From the NCBI RefSeq assembly GCF_000008365.1, contig NC_006908.1, positions 390,001 to 422,000 on the forward strand: DNA of 32,000 nt. The letters run 5' to 3'. Source of the DNA: Mycoplasma mobile 163K. GTDB lineage: Bacteria; Bacillota_I; Bacilli_A; Mycoplasmatales; Metamycoplasmataceae. Shown here one piece after another: positions 1 to 10,036 of this stretch. Below the pieces are notes generated by a model. The model did not search any database and had not been told where the DNA came from. It saw nothing but the letters and a program-made list of their open reading frames with translations. The position numbers and the translations under genes were made by a program. Every line of letters starts with the position of its first letter. The first letter of the stretch is position 1.

Positions 1-2527
1 TATTTTCTTCAAAATTATCAGAAGCAATTAAATAAGTATTTTTTGAAATTGTTTGAGGCAAGACATTAATATTTAACCTATTTAATGAATTTTCTAAATT
101 AGTTTTAAATAATAAATCATTAAAAGTTTTATTCACATCAGAATTTTTTAATTGAATTTGAACATTAATGAAAATTCTATTCACATCTAATTTATTAATT
201 GTTTGAGAATGAAAAAATCTAATAAATAAAACATCTTCAAGACTCACAATTTCATTAAAATCTATTTCAATTCCTGCATTTGATAGTTGTTCTTTTGTAA
301 TGTGAAAAGTGTTATTTTTAGGAATAATTAATTCTAATTTATCTAAAGTTGATTCATTAATAGATCTTATTTTCAACCTATCTATCCCAACAAATAATGG
401 ATTGATAAAAAATCCATTAACATTGTTAAAAGTTTTTGTTAAATTTAGAATTTTTGATCTTATTTCAATTTTTCCAACAAAACCTAATCTTTTATTTGAA
501 TTTTCAAATTTAATGCTTGAAATTCCAATTTTTTTTAATATTGATTCATCATCAATAGTGTTTAAAGAAATGCCGATTTCTTGCAATTGTTTTGAATTAA
601 TAAAATCTGATCCGTTTTCAGGAATTATCAAAATATCTATTGCTTCTTTTGATTTATCAATTTTTAAAATAAGATTTTCAAAAATATCTTTTAATGTTTG
701 ACTCGCAAATCCTGAAATGATAAATGTTTTACTTTTATCATTAAAAATAAGAATTTCAACACTAATTGAGCCATTTTCATTGTTTGAAATTTCAATTTTT
801 TCAAGATCTTCAAAAGAAAGTTTTTCTATAAAATTGAAATTAATATTAAGGTGTTTTATTTTTTCGATTGAAGGTTTAAAAATAGTTTGCTTTAAAGGTG
901 CAAAACTATTTGGTAAAATTTCAAAAGTTGTGTACTGAAGTAAATCAAATTTTGTTCCTTTTTTAAATTCGAAATACCTTCTAGTAAAAGAACCTAAATT
1001 ATTTTTTAAAGTAATTTCTATTTCTGCACTACCTTCTGTTATATTGGTATTTTTAATTTCAATAAAATCAATTAAACTAAATAAATTTTCATCAATATTT
1101 TCAAGTCTAATACCATAATTAATTTTCAAGTGTTCTTGATTGACAAGTTCATTTTCAATTAATATGTCATTTTTTTTAAGAACAAAAATTGATTCATTTT
1201 TTAAAACAAGTTTTTCAAGTCTTGTTAATTCATCAGATTTTTGAAAACCACTAAGATTTATTTTATGAATAAAAGTATGATTTGAAAGAAGTGTATTTTT
1301 AAATGTCAAAATAACTGTTGTGCTTCCTTGATTTTCATTTGAATTTTTAAATTCTAAGTTTGTAATACTTTTAATTGAAATGGGGTGTTGCAAAGAAAGA
1401 CTTATCCCTTTTTGTTTTAAAAATTGCTCATCAAAATGGCCATTATTGAATTCTGAAAAATCTTTTACAATTAAATTTTCATTTGGAGTAATAATTATTT
1501 CTGAAATCAATTGATTCAATTCATTAATACTTATATTGTTTCTAAAATTTGATATACATATTTCAAAATTTTCAAATTGATTTAAATAACTTAAATTTAC
1601 ATTTATTTTTAAAGTTCCTTCTTTATCATTAGGTATAAAATTTGTAAAAATATATGAAACATCTTGTTCATTTAAGTTCAAAAAATTTTTAATTAAAGTA
1701 GTAATATCTGAATTTTTTTCAATGATAGAAGGTAATGTTTCACTTAATAATCCACTAACTTGCAATTCAAGTTTTTCACTTTTATTTAATAAAGTTTGTT
1801 TTGTGTTTTCAAAATATTTTTTTGTAGTTAAAAAGTTTTTCAATGATAATTCCATTGGATTATTTGAAATTGAAAATTTTTCATTCTTATATAAAATCCA
1901 AGCTCTTATTTTTAAAGTTCCTTCTATAAAATCTGAACTATTTTCAATATATTCAAAAGAATAAGTAAAATCTTTTTGCATTTTTGGTAAACTTAAAATT
2001 TTTTCTTCGTCTATAAATTTATTAATATTTGAACTATTGATTTTTAAAGGATTGATTTTTTTTCTTTTTTCAATTTCAAGAGAATTTTCATTCAAATTAA
2101 AATTCTTTAATTTATTCAAATAATTTTCAATAATTGTAGAAATTGAATTTAATTCAAGATTGAATTCTTGTGTTTTGAACTCAATATTTTTATAAAATCC
2201 TTTGATTTGAAATTCAATCGAATTAATATTTAAATTATTAAGAATTATAAAATCATATTCTATTAAATTTTTCTCAGGTAAATGATTCAAAAAATGACTT
2301 GCTAAATTTGTCGGAAAAATGTTTTCAGGAAGTAAATTTTTGTCAAAACCCAAATTATTGAAATCGATTCGATTTACAAGCTCTAAATTTTTTCTTAAAA
2401 AAGCTTCACTTTCATTTTTGTCTTTTTCTAATATAGATAAAGTTGTTGAAGTTATAGCTACAGGTATAATAACAATAGAAGTTACTAATGAGCCAATTAA
2501 AACTTTTTTCTTAGTTTTTGGATTCAT
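1..2527 (-). CDS. large exported or membrane-anchored repeat protein; start is in the window, 3' end runs off it (>=842 aa)
   Basis: ATG at 2527-2525, one nt after the pheS stop (2531-2529). Hand translation 2527->1890 has no stop. The track lists no minus-strand ORF here, which fits a frame open to the window edge. N-terminus MNPKTKKKVLIGSLVTSIVIIPVAITSTTL is a basic stretch plus hydrophobic helix with no Cys. Recurrent 'EGTLKI / GSISVEI / STTVILTF' motifs resemble the D..G.L.V motif of the downstream surface family. It is not PheT. Confidence 0.6.
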   Translation of the reverse strand, partial: MNPKTKKKVLIGSLVTSIVIIPVAITSTTLSILEKDKNESEAFLRKNLELVNRIDFNNLGFDKNLLPENIFPTNLASHFLNHLPEKNLIEYDFIILNNLNINSIEFQIKGFYKNIEFKTQEFNLELNSISTIIENYLNKLKNFNLNENSLEIEKRKKINPLKINSSNINKFIDEEKILSLPKMQKDFTYSFEYIENSSDFIEGTLKIRAWILYKNEKFSISNNPMELSLKNFLTTKKYFENTKQTLLNKSEKLELQVSGLLSETLPSIIEKNSDITTLIKNFLNLNEQDVSYIFTNFIPNDKEGTLKINVNLSYLNQFENFEICISNFRNNISINELNQLISEIIITPNENLIVKDFSEFNNGHFDEQFLKQKGISLSLQHPISIKSITNLEFKNSNENQGSTTVILTFKNTLLSNHTFIHKINLSGFQKSDELTRLEKLVLKNESIFVLKKNDILIENELVNQEHLKINYGIRLENIDENLFSLIDFIEIKNTNITEGSAEIEITLKNNLGSFTRRYFEFKKGTKFDLLQYTTFEILPNSFAPLKQTIFKPSIEKIKHLNINFNFIEKLSFEDLEKIEISNNENGSISVEILIFNDKSKTFIISGFASQTLKDIFENLILKIDKSKEAIDILIIPENGSDFINSKQLQEIGISLNTIDDESILKKIGISSIKFENSNKRLGFVGKIEIRSKILNLTKTFNNVNGFFINPLFVGIDRLKIRSINESTLDKLELIIPKNNTFHITKEQLSNAGIEIDFNEIVSLEDVLFIRFFHSQTINKLDVNRIFINVQIQLKNSDVNKTFNDLLFKTNLENSLNRLNINVLPQTISKNTYLIASDNFEEN

Positions 2528-2528
2528 C

Positions 2529-3518
2529 TTACACCTCTAGTTTTTCAATTTCAAGGTTAAATTGTTTTAAGAATCTAATATCATTTTTATAAAATTCACG
2601 AATGTTATCAATTCCATATTTAATCATTGCAATTCTTTCGATTCCAATTCCTCAAGCTAATGCATTCATGTCATTAGTATATCCAGCAGCTTTCATAACA
2701 TTTTCATGAATAATTCCAGAACCTAAAACTTCAATTCATTTATTTTTGTAAAAAACATCAACTTCACAACTTGGTTCTGTAAAAGGAAAATAAGAAGGTC
2801 TTAATCTAATTTTCACTTCTTCTTCAAAAACATAACTAAGTAAAGATTTTAATAATCACATTAAATTTGGAAAATTATACTTTCCTGCAACAATTACATC
2901 AACTTGAGAAAATTGATGAGAGTGAGTGTTATCATCTTCATCATTTCTATAAACTTTTCCAATCGAAAAAGCAGAAAAAGCCTTGTTTTTATTTTTGATC
3001 AATTCAATAATACTAAAACCTGTATTATGAGTTCTTAAAAGCAATTGATCTCCATTTTGTTCTTTTTCTAAATATAAAGAATCTTGCATATCTCTTGAAG
3101 GATGATCTTTAGGTATGTTTAATAATTCAAAATTAATTTTATCAGTTGTGATTTCGCTTCCTTCTGTTTCATAATAACCATTATTTAAAAACCAAGTTCT
3201 AAAACGATTTTCAATTAAAGTTAGTGGGTGTAAAGAAGATGAAAAATTAACTTCTTCAAAAACATCAATAAATTCATCTTGAATTTTTTTAAGAACTTCT
3301 TTTTTTTCTATTTCTTCTTTTTTTGTTAAAAAAAATTGTTCAATTTCTTGTTTATAAAAATTTATTTTTTGTCCTATTGATGCTTTTTGTTCTTTAGAAG
3401 CAAGTTTTAAATCATTCATCAACTGCTTTAATTCTAAATCATTGTTTAAAAAATTACTTTTGGCAATTTTTAAATCTTCTAAAGTTTCAATTCTTAAGTT
3501 AGTCAAATTCTTTTTCAT
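2529..3518 (-). CDS. pheS: phenylalanine--tRNA ligase alpha subunit (329 aa)
   Basis: Track ORF 2856-3518 continues through TGA (2856-2858) to TAA at 2529-2531. It has an N-terminal coiled coil, [11 protein letters not shown], and class II motif [24 protein letters not shown]. The C-terminus ...[17 protein letters not shown] is typical of PheS. Confidence 0.9.
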
Positions 3519-3543
3519 AATAATATTATTATATTATATAAGT

Positions 3544-4077
3544 CTAATTATTTAAATAAATCCAGTAACGTTCAACATAACGTTTAAATTCATAATCATA
3601 GATTGTATTTTCTCAAATGCCACCATTTTTTAAAATAATTTTTTTTGAAGCAATATTTCTTTCATCACATGTAATTAGAACTTTTTCTAATTTATGTTTT
3701 GACAAATTTTCTTTTAAATATTTTAAACCTAGAAAAAGTAGTGTTGTTCCATTGTTTTTTCCTCTTTGGGTAGGCCTAATACCATAACCAATATTTCCAC
3801 CTATTTTATATAAATAATCTGATAATTCATAGCGAATACTAATTGCTCCAATAATAAAATTAGTATCTTTTTCAACTAAAAAAAGAATTTCATAAGGCAC
3901 TCAATTATTAGGTAAATATTTTGGATTTTTTGAATGTTTTAAATCGAATCGCAAATTTTTAAAATTAAGATTTGAAAAATCAGGAACTAAAATTTCCTGA
4001 AATTTCTTAAATTCTTCAACATAATCTAATCATTGGTCTTCCATTTTTCGATCAAGTTTTTTTATTATATGATTCAT
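3544..4077 (-). CDS. GNAT-family N-acetyltransferase (177 aa)
   Basis: Track ORF 3613-3900 extends in frame through TGA codons at 3901-3903 and 3613-3615. Start is ATG at 4077-4075 and stop is TAG at 3544-3546. The acetyl-CoA motif GYGIRPTQRGKNNGTTLL matches R/Q-x-x-G-x-G/A. Confidence 0.75.
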
Positions 4078-4088
4078 AATTTTGAAAT

Positions 4089-5273
4089 TTAAATTAATTC
4101 TTCAAAAAAATCTTGACCAATTTTAGCTAATTCTACACCAAAATTTTTAGCAACTATATTTCCTACAGTTGCTAAAGAAGTAAAATCTTTTAAAATTTTA
4201 GGATCTTTAAATGATTTAGAAAAAATTGTAACTGGTAAAGCTTCTCTTGTATGATCTGTACCACGATAAGTAGGATCATTACCATGATCACTAGTCATTA
4301 ATAGTAAATCATCTTCTTTTAAAGAATTAATTAATTTTGTTAATTTAATATCGAAAGTATTTAAATTTTCAGCATATCCATTTACATCACGACGATGACC
4401 ATAGTGTGAATCAAATTGAACTAAATTAGTAAAAATAAAAGAATTATCCTTAGCCTTTTGTGCTAATTCAATTGTTACATCCATTCCTATTGCATCACTT
4501 CCTGAAGGGTGATGTTCATTAATTCCTTGACCTGCAAAAATATCTTGAATTTTTCCAACACTAATTGTATTAATTTTTTTAGCCTTTAAACGATCTAAAA
4601 TAGTTTCTTCAGTTGGCGTTACTGCATAGTCATGACGATTAAATGTTCTTTTTCAATTACCTGCTGAACCTGTATAAGGGCGAGCAATTATTCTACCAAC
4701 ATTTCATTCTGGTCTTGAAGAGCAAATTCTCCTTGCTTCTTTTGCATAACGATATAAATTTTCTAGACCCATTGTTTCTTCGTGACCACAAATTTGCAAA
4801 ACACTATCTCCAGAAGTATAAACAATTAATTTTTTTTCATCAATTTCTTTTTGGGCAAGTTCATCCAAAATCTCAGTTCCACTTGCGGATTTATTTCCAA
4901 TAATTTCACGCCCATCACAAGCTTTAGATAAGTTATCTAATAATTCTTTTGGAAACCCTGTTTCTGTAAAAACAGGAAAAGGAATTTTTGTAAAAATTCC
5001 CATCATTTCTCAATGACCTGCCAAAGTGTCTTTTGCATTACTTAATGTTGTTGCTTTAGTTATATATGCTTTTGGATTTTTTCTTTTACCTTCATTATGA
5101 ATTTTTGCTACATGACCTATTCCTAATTTTTGTCATGTAGGAATTTTAACTTCAGCATTTAGAGTTGTATGATAAAGTGAATTTGCTTTATCATCCCCAA
5201 ATTCTTTTTGTCTTTTTTCATAGCCTATCCCTAATCCATCAGTGACAATTAAAAAAATTCTTCTAAATTTCAT
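4089..5273 (-). CDS. deoB: phosphopentomutase (394 aa)
   Basis: Track fragments 4089-4484 and 4704-5006 share one frame and join through TGA=Trp codons. N-terminus is [17 protein letters not shown]. It carries the conserved LAGHWEMMG (W encoded by TGA) and the metal-site motif SDHGNDPT. Confidence 0.9.
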
Positions 5274-5380
5274 TTTTTCTCCTTTTTGTTACTTATAAAA
5301 TTATAAATTAATATATAATAAAAATGTTGTTTTTACAATTAAAAGTAAAAAATAAAATTAGAAATTAAAAAAGGAAAAAA

Positions 5381-6358
5381 ATGGCAAAAAAAATAGCAAT
5401 TTTGACCTCTGGAGGAGATTCTCCTGGGATGAATAATGCAATAAGAACAATTGTTAAAACTTCTAAAATTCACGGAATTGAAGTTTTTCTTGTTTATAAT
5501 GGTTATAAAGGACTTGTTGAAAAAACAATTAAAAATGCAAATGAAATTAATGTAGATCAATACATTGGAAGTGGTGGAACTTTTATAGGATCTGCTCGTT
5601 ACTTAGAATTCAAAAAATTAGAAGTAAGACAAAAAGCTGTTCAGAACTTAAAAGAAATGGGTATTGATTCACTTGTAGTTATTGGTGGTGATGGAAGTTA
5701 TGCTGGAGCACAATTATTACATGAATTAGGTGTGAAAACAATAGGTTTACCTGGAACAATTGATAATGATATTGCTTCAACAGAATATACTATTGGTTTA
5801 GACACAGCTCTAAATACAATTGTAGAAAATGTTGATAGATTAAGAGATACAATGAATAGCATGAATATGGTTGCTTTAGTTGAAGTTATGGGACATGGAG
5901 CTGGAGATTTAGCAATGCTTAGTGGTTTAGCAACAGGAGCTGAAATTATTGTTACAAATGCTCATAGAAAATCTATTGATGAAATGATTGAAATTGTTAA
6001 AGATCAAATGATTGCAAAAACAAAAAGATCAGTAATCGGAATTGTTAGCGAATTTATTTATGATGATTTAAAAAAGGTAGCTAAAGAAATTGAAGATAAA
6101 ACCGGAATTAGAACAAGAGCAATTATTTTAGCTCATACTCAAAGAGGCGGAAATCCTAAAGCATACGAGAGAATAAATGCTTCATTTTTAGGAATTGCTG
6201 CAGTAGAATCGTTATTAAAAAATGAAAGTGGTGTAGCTCTAGGTTTTAAAGGTAATAAAATTATTTCAACACCAATTCCAGAAGCTTTAAAAGCACAAAA
6301 TTCAGCTAAAAATGAAAATGAATTAGTAACTAAAATCAATAAAATAAATCAATCATAA
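5381..6358 (+). CDS. pfkA: ATP-dependent 6-phosphofructokinase (325 aa)
   Basis: Motifs SGGDSPGMNNAIR, GGDGS, PGTIDND and TQRGG are present. Upstream sequence is AAAGGAAAAAAATG. Confidence 0.9.
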   Translation: MAKKIAILTSGGDSPGMNNAIRTIVKTSKIHGIEVFLVYNGYKGLVEKTIKNANEINVDQYIGSGGTFIGSARYLEFKKLEVRQKAVQNLKEMGIDSLVVIGGDGSYAGAQLLHELGVKTIGLPGTIDNDIASTEYTIGLDTALNTIVENVDRLRDTMNSMNMVALVEVMGHGAGDLAMLSGLATGAEIIVTNAHRKSIDEMIEIVKDQMIAKTKRSVIGIVSEFIYDDLKKVAKEIEDKTGIRTRAIILAHTQRGGNPKAYERINASFLGIAAVESLLKNESGVALGFKGNKIISTPIPEALKAQNSAKNENELVTKINKINQS

Positions 6359-6370
6359 AAGGAGAAAAAA

Positions 6371-7822
6371 ATGAATGTATTAGAAAAAGAAAAAGGTGTT
6401 AATCTTACTGATAAAAGATCAAAAATGATCGCTACAATTGGTCCATCTTCACAAAATAAAGAAATTTTAAAACAAATGATGTTGAAAGGTATGACTACAG
6501 TTAGAGCCAATTTTAGCCATGGAGATCATGCAGAACAACTAAATAAATTTGTTTTAGCAAAAGAAGTAGCAAAAGAACTAAATTTACCAATGTCTCTTAT
6601 GTTAGACACTAAAGGTCCTGAAATTAGAGTTGGAAAAATGAAAGATGGATCTCAAAAAATTGAAGTAGGGAAAATTATTACCGTTTTAACAGATGAAGTT
6701 TCATACAAAACTTTTGAAGGAATTCCAACTAAATTTACAGTTTCACATAGAATGGATAAAGATGTTAAAGTTGGAAGCTACATTTTATTTGATGATGGAA
6801 AATTAACTACTATTGTTACAGGTGTAAAATCAGGAATTGTCGAAGTAAAAACAATTAATTCACATGTTTTAAAATCAAATAAAAGAATTAATATTCCAGG
6901 AGCTCAATTATCATTAGAATTTTTAAGTAAAAAAGATAAAGAAGATATTATCTTTGGAATTAAAAATGATGTAAATTATATTGCTGCTTCATTTGTTAAT
7001 TCGAAACAAGATGTTCTTGATTTAAGAAAATTATTAAAAGATAATAATGGAGAACATATTCAAATTATTTCAAAAATTGAATCTGTATTTGGAATTGAAA
7101 ATATTGATGAAATTATTGAAGCTAGTGATGGAATCATGATCGCAAGAGGAGATTTAGGATTAGAAATTCCTTATTTTGAAGTTCCTTTTTATGAAAAACA
7201 AATTATTAGAAAATGTCGTAATGTTGGTAAACCAGTTATTGTTGCAACTCAAATGCTTGATTCAATGGAAAAACTACCTCAACCAACTAGAGCAGAAGTT
7301 AGTGATGTTTACTGGGCAACAGAATTAGGAGCAGATGCAACTATGCTTTCAGGAGAAAGTGCAAATGGAGATTTCCCTGTTGAATCAGTTGAAGTTATGT
7401 CAACAATTAATCGTCGTGCAGAAAAAGAATTTTACAATAAATTATACTATCCTGCACATTTAGAAACTTTAATTCAAAATCCGGTTGGAGTTCACTCGAA
7501 ATTAGCTTCTGAAGTTGCACTTAAAGTAATGAATGGAGATTATAAATTTTCAGTTATTCTTTCAGAAACAGGAAGATTATTAAAAGAAATTGCACGTTTT
7601 AGACCTAATACAGTTATTATCGGAGTTATTAACAATGATAAATTAATTCATGGATTTGGAATTACACACAGTGTGTTTATGAGTGTAGATTCAAAAGCAG
7701 TAAAAAGTGAAATTGAAAAAAATCTTACTAAAGCAAGGGAAGTTTTAAAACCATTTTTCCCTAAAAAAGGTGACAAATATTTAGTTGTTGAAAATAATAA
7801 AATTTCAGAATATATTTATTAA
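6371..7822 (+). CDS. pyk: pyruvate kinase (483 aa)
   Basis: Motifs KMIATIGPSS, VRANFSHG, LDTKGPEIR, MIARGDLGLEIP and ATQMLDSM are present. SD AAAGGAG lies 7 nt upstream, and the start is 12 nt after the pfkA stop. Confidence 0.9.
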   Translation: MNVLEKEKGVNLTDKRSKMIATIGPSSQNKEILKQMMLKGMTTVRANFSHGDHAEQLNKFVLAKEVAKELNLPMSLMLDTKGPEIRVGKMKDGSQKIEVGKIITVLTDEVSYKTFEGIPTKFTVSHRMDKDVKVGSYILFDDGKLTTIVTGVKSGIVEVKTINSHVLKSNKRINIPGAQLSLEFLSKKDKEDIIFGIKNDVNYIAASFVNSKQDVLDLRKLLKDNNGEHIQIISKIESVFGIENIDEIIEASDGIMIARGDLGLEIPYFEVPFYEKQIIRKCRNVGKPVIVATQMLDSMEKLPQPTRAEVSDVYWATELGADATMLSGESANGDFPVESVEVMSTINRRAEKEFYNKLYYPAHLETLIQNPVGVHSKLASEVALKVMNGDYKFSVILSETGRLLKEIARFRPNTVIIGVINNDKLIHGFGITHSVFMSVDSKAVKSEIEKNLTKAREVLKPFFPKKGDKYLVVENNKISEYIY

Positions 7823-7832
7823 ATAAAAAAAT

Positions 7833-7863
7833 AAAAATACCTTAAAGGTATTTTTATTTTTTT
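7833..7863 (+). terminator. rho-independent terminator after pyk
   Basis: Hairpin AAAAATACC / GGTATTTTT (7833-7841 / 7847-7855) followed by a T-rich run. Confidence 0.7.
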
Positions 7864-7968
7864 ATAAGTTTTGTAAACCAAAAACTCTATATGTGTTGAA
7901 TTATTTTTTGCTTTTATATGATTTTCTCTTCTACCAAACATAATTTATAAAATTTTATTGATTTTAAT

Positions 7969-8001
7969 TAAAAAATTACAACTTTAGTTGTAATTTTTTT
8001 G
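7969..8001 (-). terminator. hairpin terminator after surface gene 8037-9923 (potentially bidirectional)
   Basis: ATTACAAC (7975-7982) / GTTGTAAT (7987-7994), flanked by an A run on one side and a T run on the other. It lies 36 nt beyond the TAA at 8037. Confidence 0.6.
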
Positions 8002-8036
8002 TGTTTAAACTATAATATCAATAAAATTCTGAATTG

Positions 8037-9923
8037 TTAACCATATAAAGTCATGGCAACATCAAATCTTAAATCATCAAAACCTTCTGGTTTAGAAACT
8101 CCTGAATGTAATGTTGTTGTAAAAGATATATTATTTCCATTTAAATAAATGATTCAATCGGTTGAAGAAATTGATGCTTTTAATTCTGGACTTATAGTAG
8201 GTAAAAAGGAATATCTATAAATAGTATAAGGATCTGGATTTAAACCTAATTGTTCCATCCTAATAGCAAGCCCATCTTTAATAATTGTAGGTATTACTTG
8301 CAATGCACCATTATTTTCACTAGAAATAATGGTGCTATTTCCTAGATTTGTGAAAAAGAAGTTCCCACTTGTTCTTCTAATTTGCTCTCCACTTATTTCA
8401 TTTGTTTCAATTCAACCCGGTTCATTAGTTTCGTAATGAACTAGCAATGAATAAACATTTGAATTAGAAGTAGGTCTTTCAATACTTAATTTAGTGATTC
8501 TAACATCAGTTTCAATTATTGAATTTACAGATTCAGTAATTGTTGTTATATTATGATTAAAAACTTCTAATTTTCTTAAATGATGTTGTCTATATAAATT
8601 TTGAAAGTTTCTTTTACCTATTTCTCCTGTAAATAATCAATTTTTAAGTTGTTCTAGATAATGATCCCTATCTAAATCAGAAAGTATTGCAGGATTCCTA
8701 ATTGCTCTTATTAAGTTTAATGAAGTAAATCACCCTACTGTTTTTATTGATTTTGAAATTGATTGTTGGCCTATCTGTGAAGCCGTTAAAATTACATCTA
8801 AAGTTCCATCTAAATTATTAGCAGCTTCCATATTTTGTGGAAAACTTACAGAAAAAGTTACATTTGAATTTGTGATAGGAACATTAATAAATGAACTCAA
8901 ATTTTGCTCATTTGGAAAACTTGGTAAAGAGCCTTTTGCATTTTGATTTAACTCTAAAGTATTGATTCTATTAAATTCAAAATTAATCATTTTTAAAAAT
9001 CCTGAAACAGTAATAACTTTTGATAAAACTAAATTATTTAATTGAGCTTCTAAAATTACATCAATTGTTCCATTATCATCATTAGAAATGCTTGGATTTT
9101 GAACTTTCAAAGTAAAATTAACACCATTTATTGAATTAGGTTTAACTAAAAATGTATCAATATTAGCATTGTCTACATTTGAAGGTAAAGTCGAAGATGC
9201 TAAATTAGTAAGTTCTAAAGTAGTAATTTTATCTAATTCATTTTTTAAATTTTGCTCATTTAAAGATTTAAATCCTGAAACAGTAATAACTTTTGATAAA
9301 ACTAAATTATTTAATTGAGCTTCTAAAATTACATCAATTGTTCCATTATCATCATTAGAAATGCTTGGATTTTGAACTTTCAAAGTAAAATTAACACCAT
9401 TTATTGAATTAGGTTTAACTAAAAATGTATCAATATTAGCATTGTCTACATTTGAAGGTAAAGTCGAAGATGCTAAATTAGTAAGTTCTAAAGTAGTAAT
9501 TTTATCTAATTCATTTTGCAAATTAATTTGATCACTTAAAGATTTAAATCCCAAAACAGTAATAACTTTTGATAAAACTAAATTATTTAATTGAGCTTCT
9601 AAAATTACATCAATTGTTCCATTATCATCATTAGAAATGCTTGGATTTTGAACTTTCAAAGTAAAATTAACACCATTTATTGAATTAGGTTTAACTAAAA
9701 ATGTATCAATATTAGCATTGTCTACATTTGAAGGTAAAGTCGAAGATGCTAAATTAGTAGTTTTTAAAGTAGAAATTTTATCTAATTCATTTTGTAAATT
9801 AGCTTGTATTAGATTATTATCTATTTTTTGTTGAGGTAAAGAAACAATCGGTCCTACAATTGTTGCTGTTCCCATGATAGTTGCAATAGATCCTAAAATC
9901 ATGTTTTTTTTGTTCATATTCAT
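8037..9923 (-). CDS. surface protein, lipoprotein-17-like repeat stalk (4 modules) plus type A C-terminal module (628 aa; start may be the second ATG at 9917)
   Basis: Track ORF 8730-9923 ends at TGA (8730-8732). The frame stays open to TAA at 8037-8039. Signal MNMNKKNMILGSIATIMGTATIVGPIV has no Cys. Three near-identical modules and one divergent module precede the C-terminal module WFTSLN...LKNWLFTGEIGKRNFQNLYRQ...DWIIYLNGNN...TLYG. Confidence 0.8.
8997..9797 (-). repeat. three in-frame tandem repeats of 276, 273 and 252 nt (92/91/84 aa), almost identical
   Basis: LQNELDKI(S/T)TL..TNLASSTLPSNVDNANIDTFLVKPNSINGVNFTLKVQNPSISNDDNGTIDVILEAQLNNLVLSKVITV(L/S)GF occurs three times. The nucleotide copies are near-identical (compare 9001-9240, 9274-9510 and 9550-9790). 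Confidence 0.9.
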
Positions 9924-10036
9924 CCTTATTATTTTATTTTTTTATTTATTTCATTGTGAATATGCTTTAACTTTGTTCGGAAAATTTTAAAATCATGTTT
10001 TTAATTTATTAAATATTCACTTATATTTATAAATTT

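Noticed and set aside
309-2540. Plus-strand track ORFs 309-701, 717-938, 1722-1964 and 2319-2540
   Set aside because: They are antisense shadows of the long minus-strand ORF 1-2527. They are low-complexity F/I/L/S/K-rich translations typical of the reverse strand of AT-rich genes, with no SD or promoter.
4643-6339. ORFs 4643-4903 (+), 5339-5560 (-) and 6139-6339 (-)
   Set aside because: They overlap deoB and pfkA on the opposite strand, and the conserved enzymes explain the sequence.
8037-8732. C-terminal modules A and B as DUF31 (S1-like) peptidase or MIB/MIP-type immunoglobulin-cleavage components, which often follow lipoprotein-17 repeats
   Set aside because: I could not find the expected His/Asp/Ser arrangement or a GxSGS-type serine motif in either module. 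The genes are also not arranged as the MIB-MIP pairs I know. Only an HMM search can settle this, so it is left as uncharacterised.
8997-9797. Regular repeats here and at 30172-30993 as a CRISPR array
   Set aside because: The units are 270-282 nt and directly abutting with no unique spacers. They are in frame and encode a recognisable protein module. No cas genes are present.
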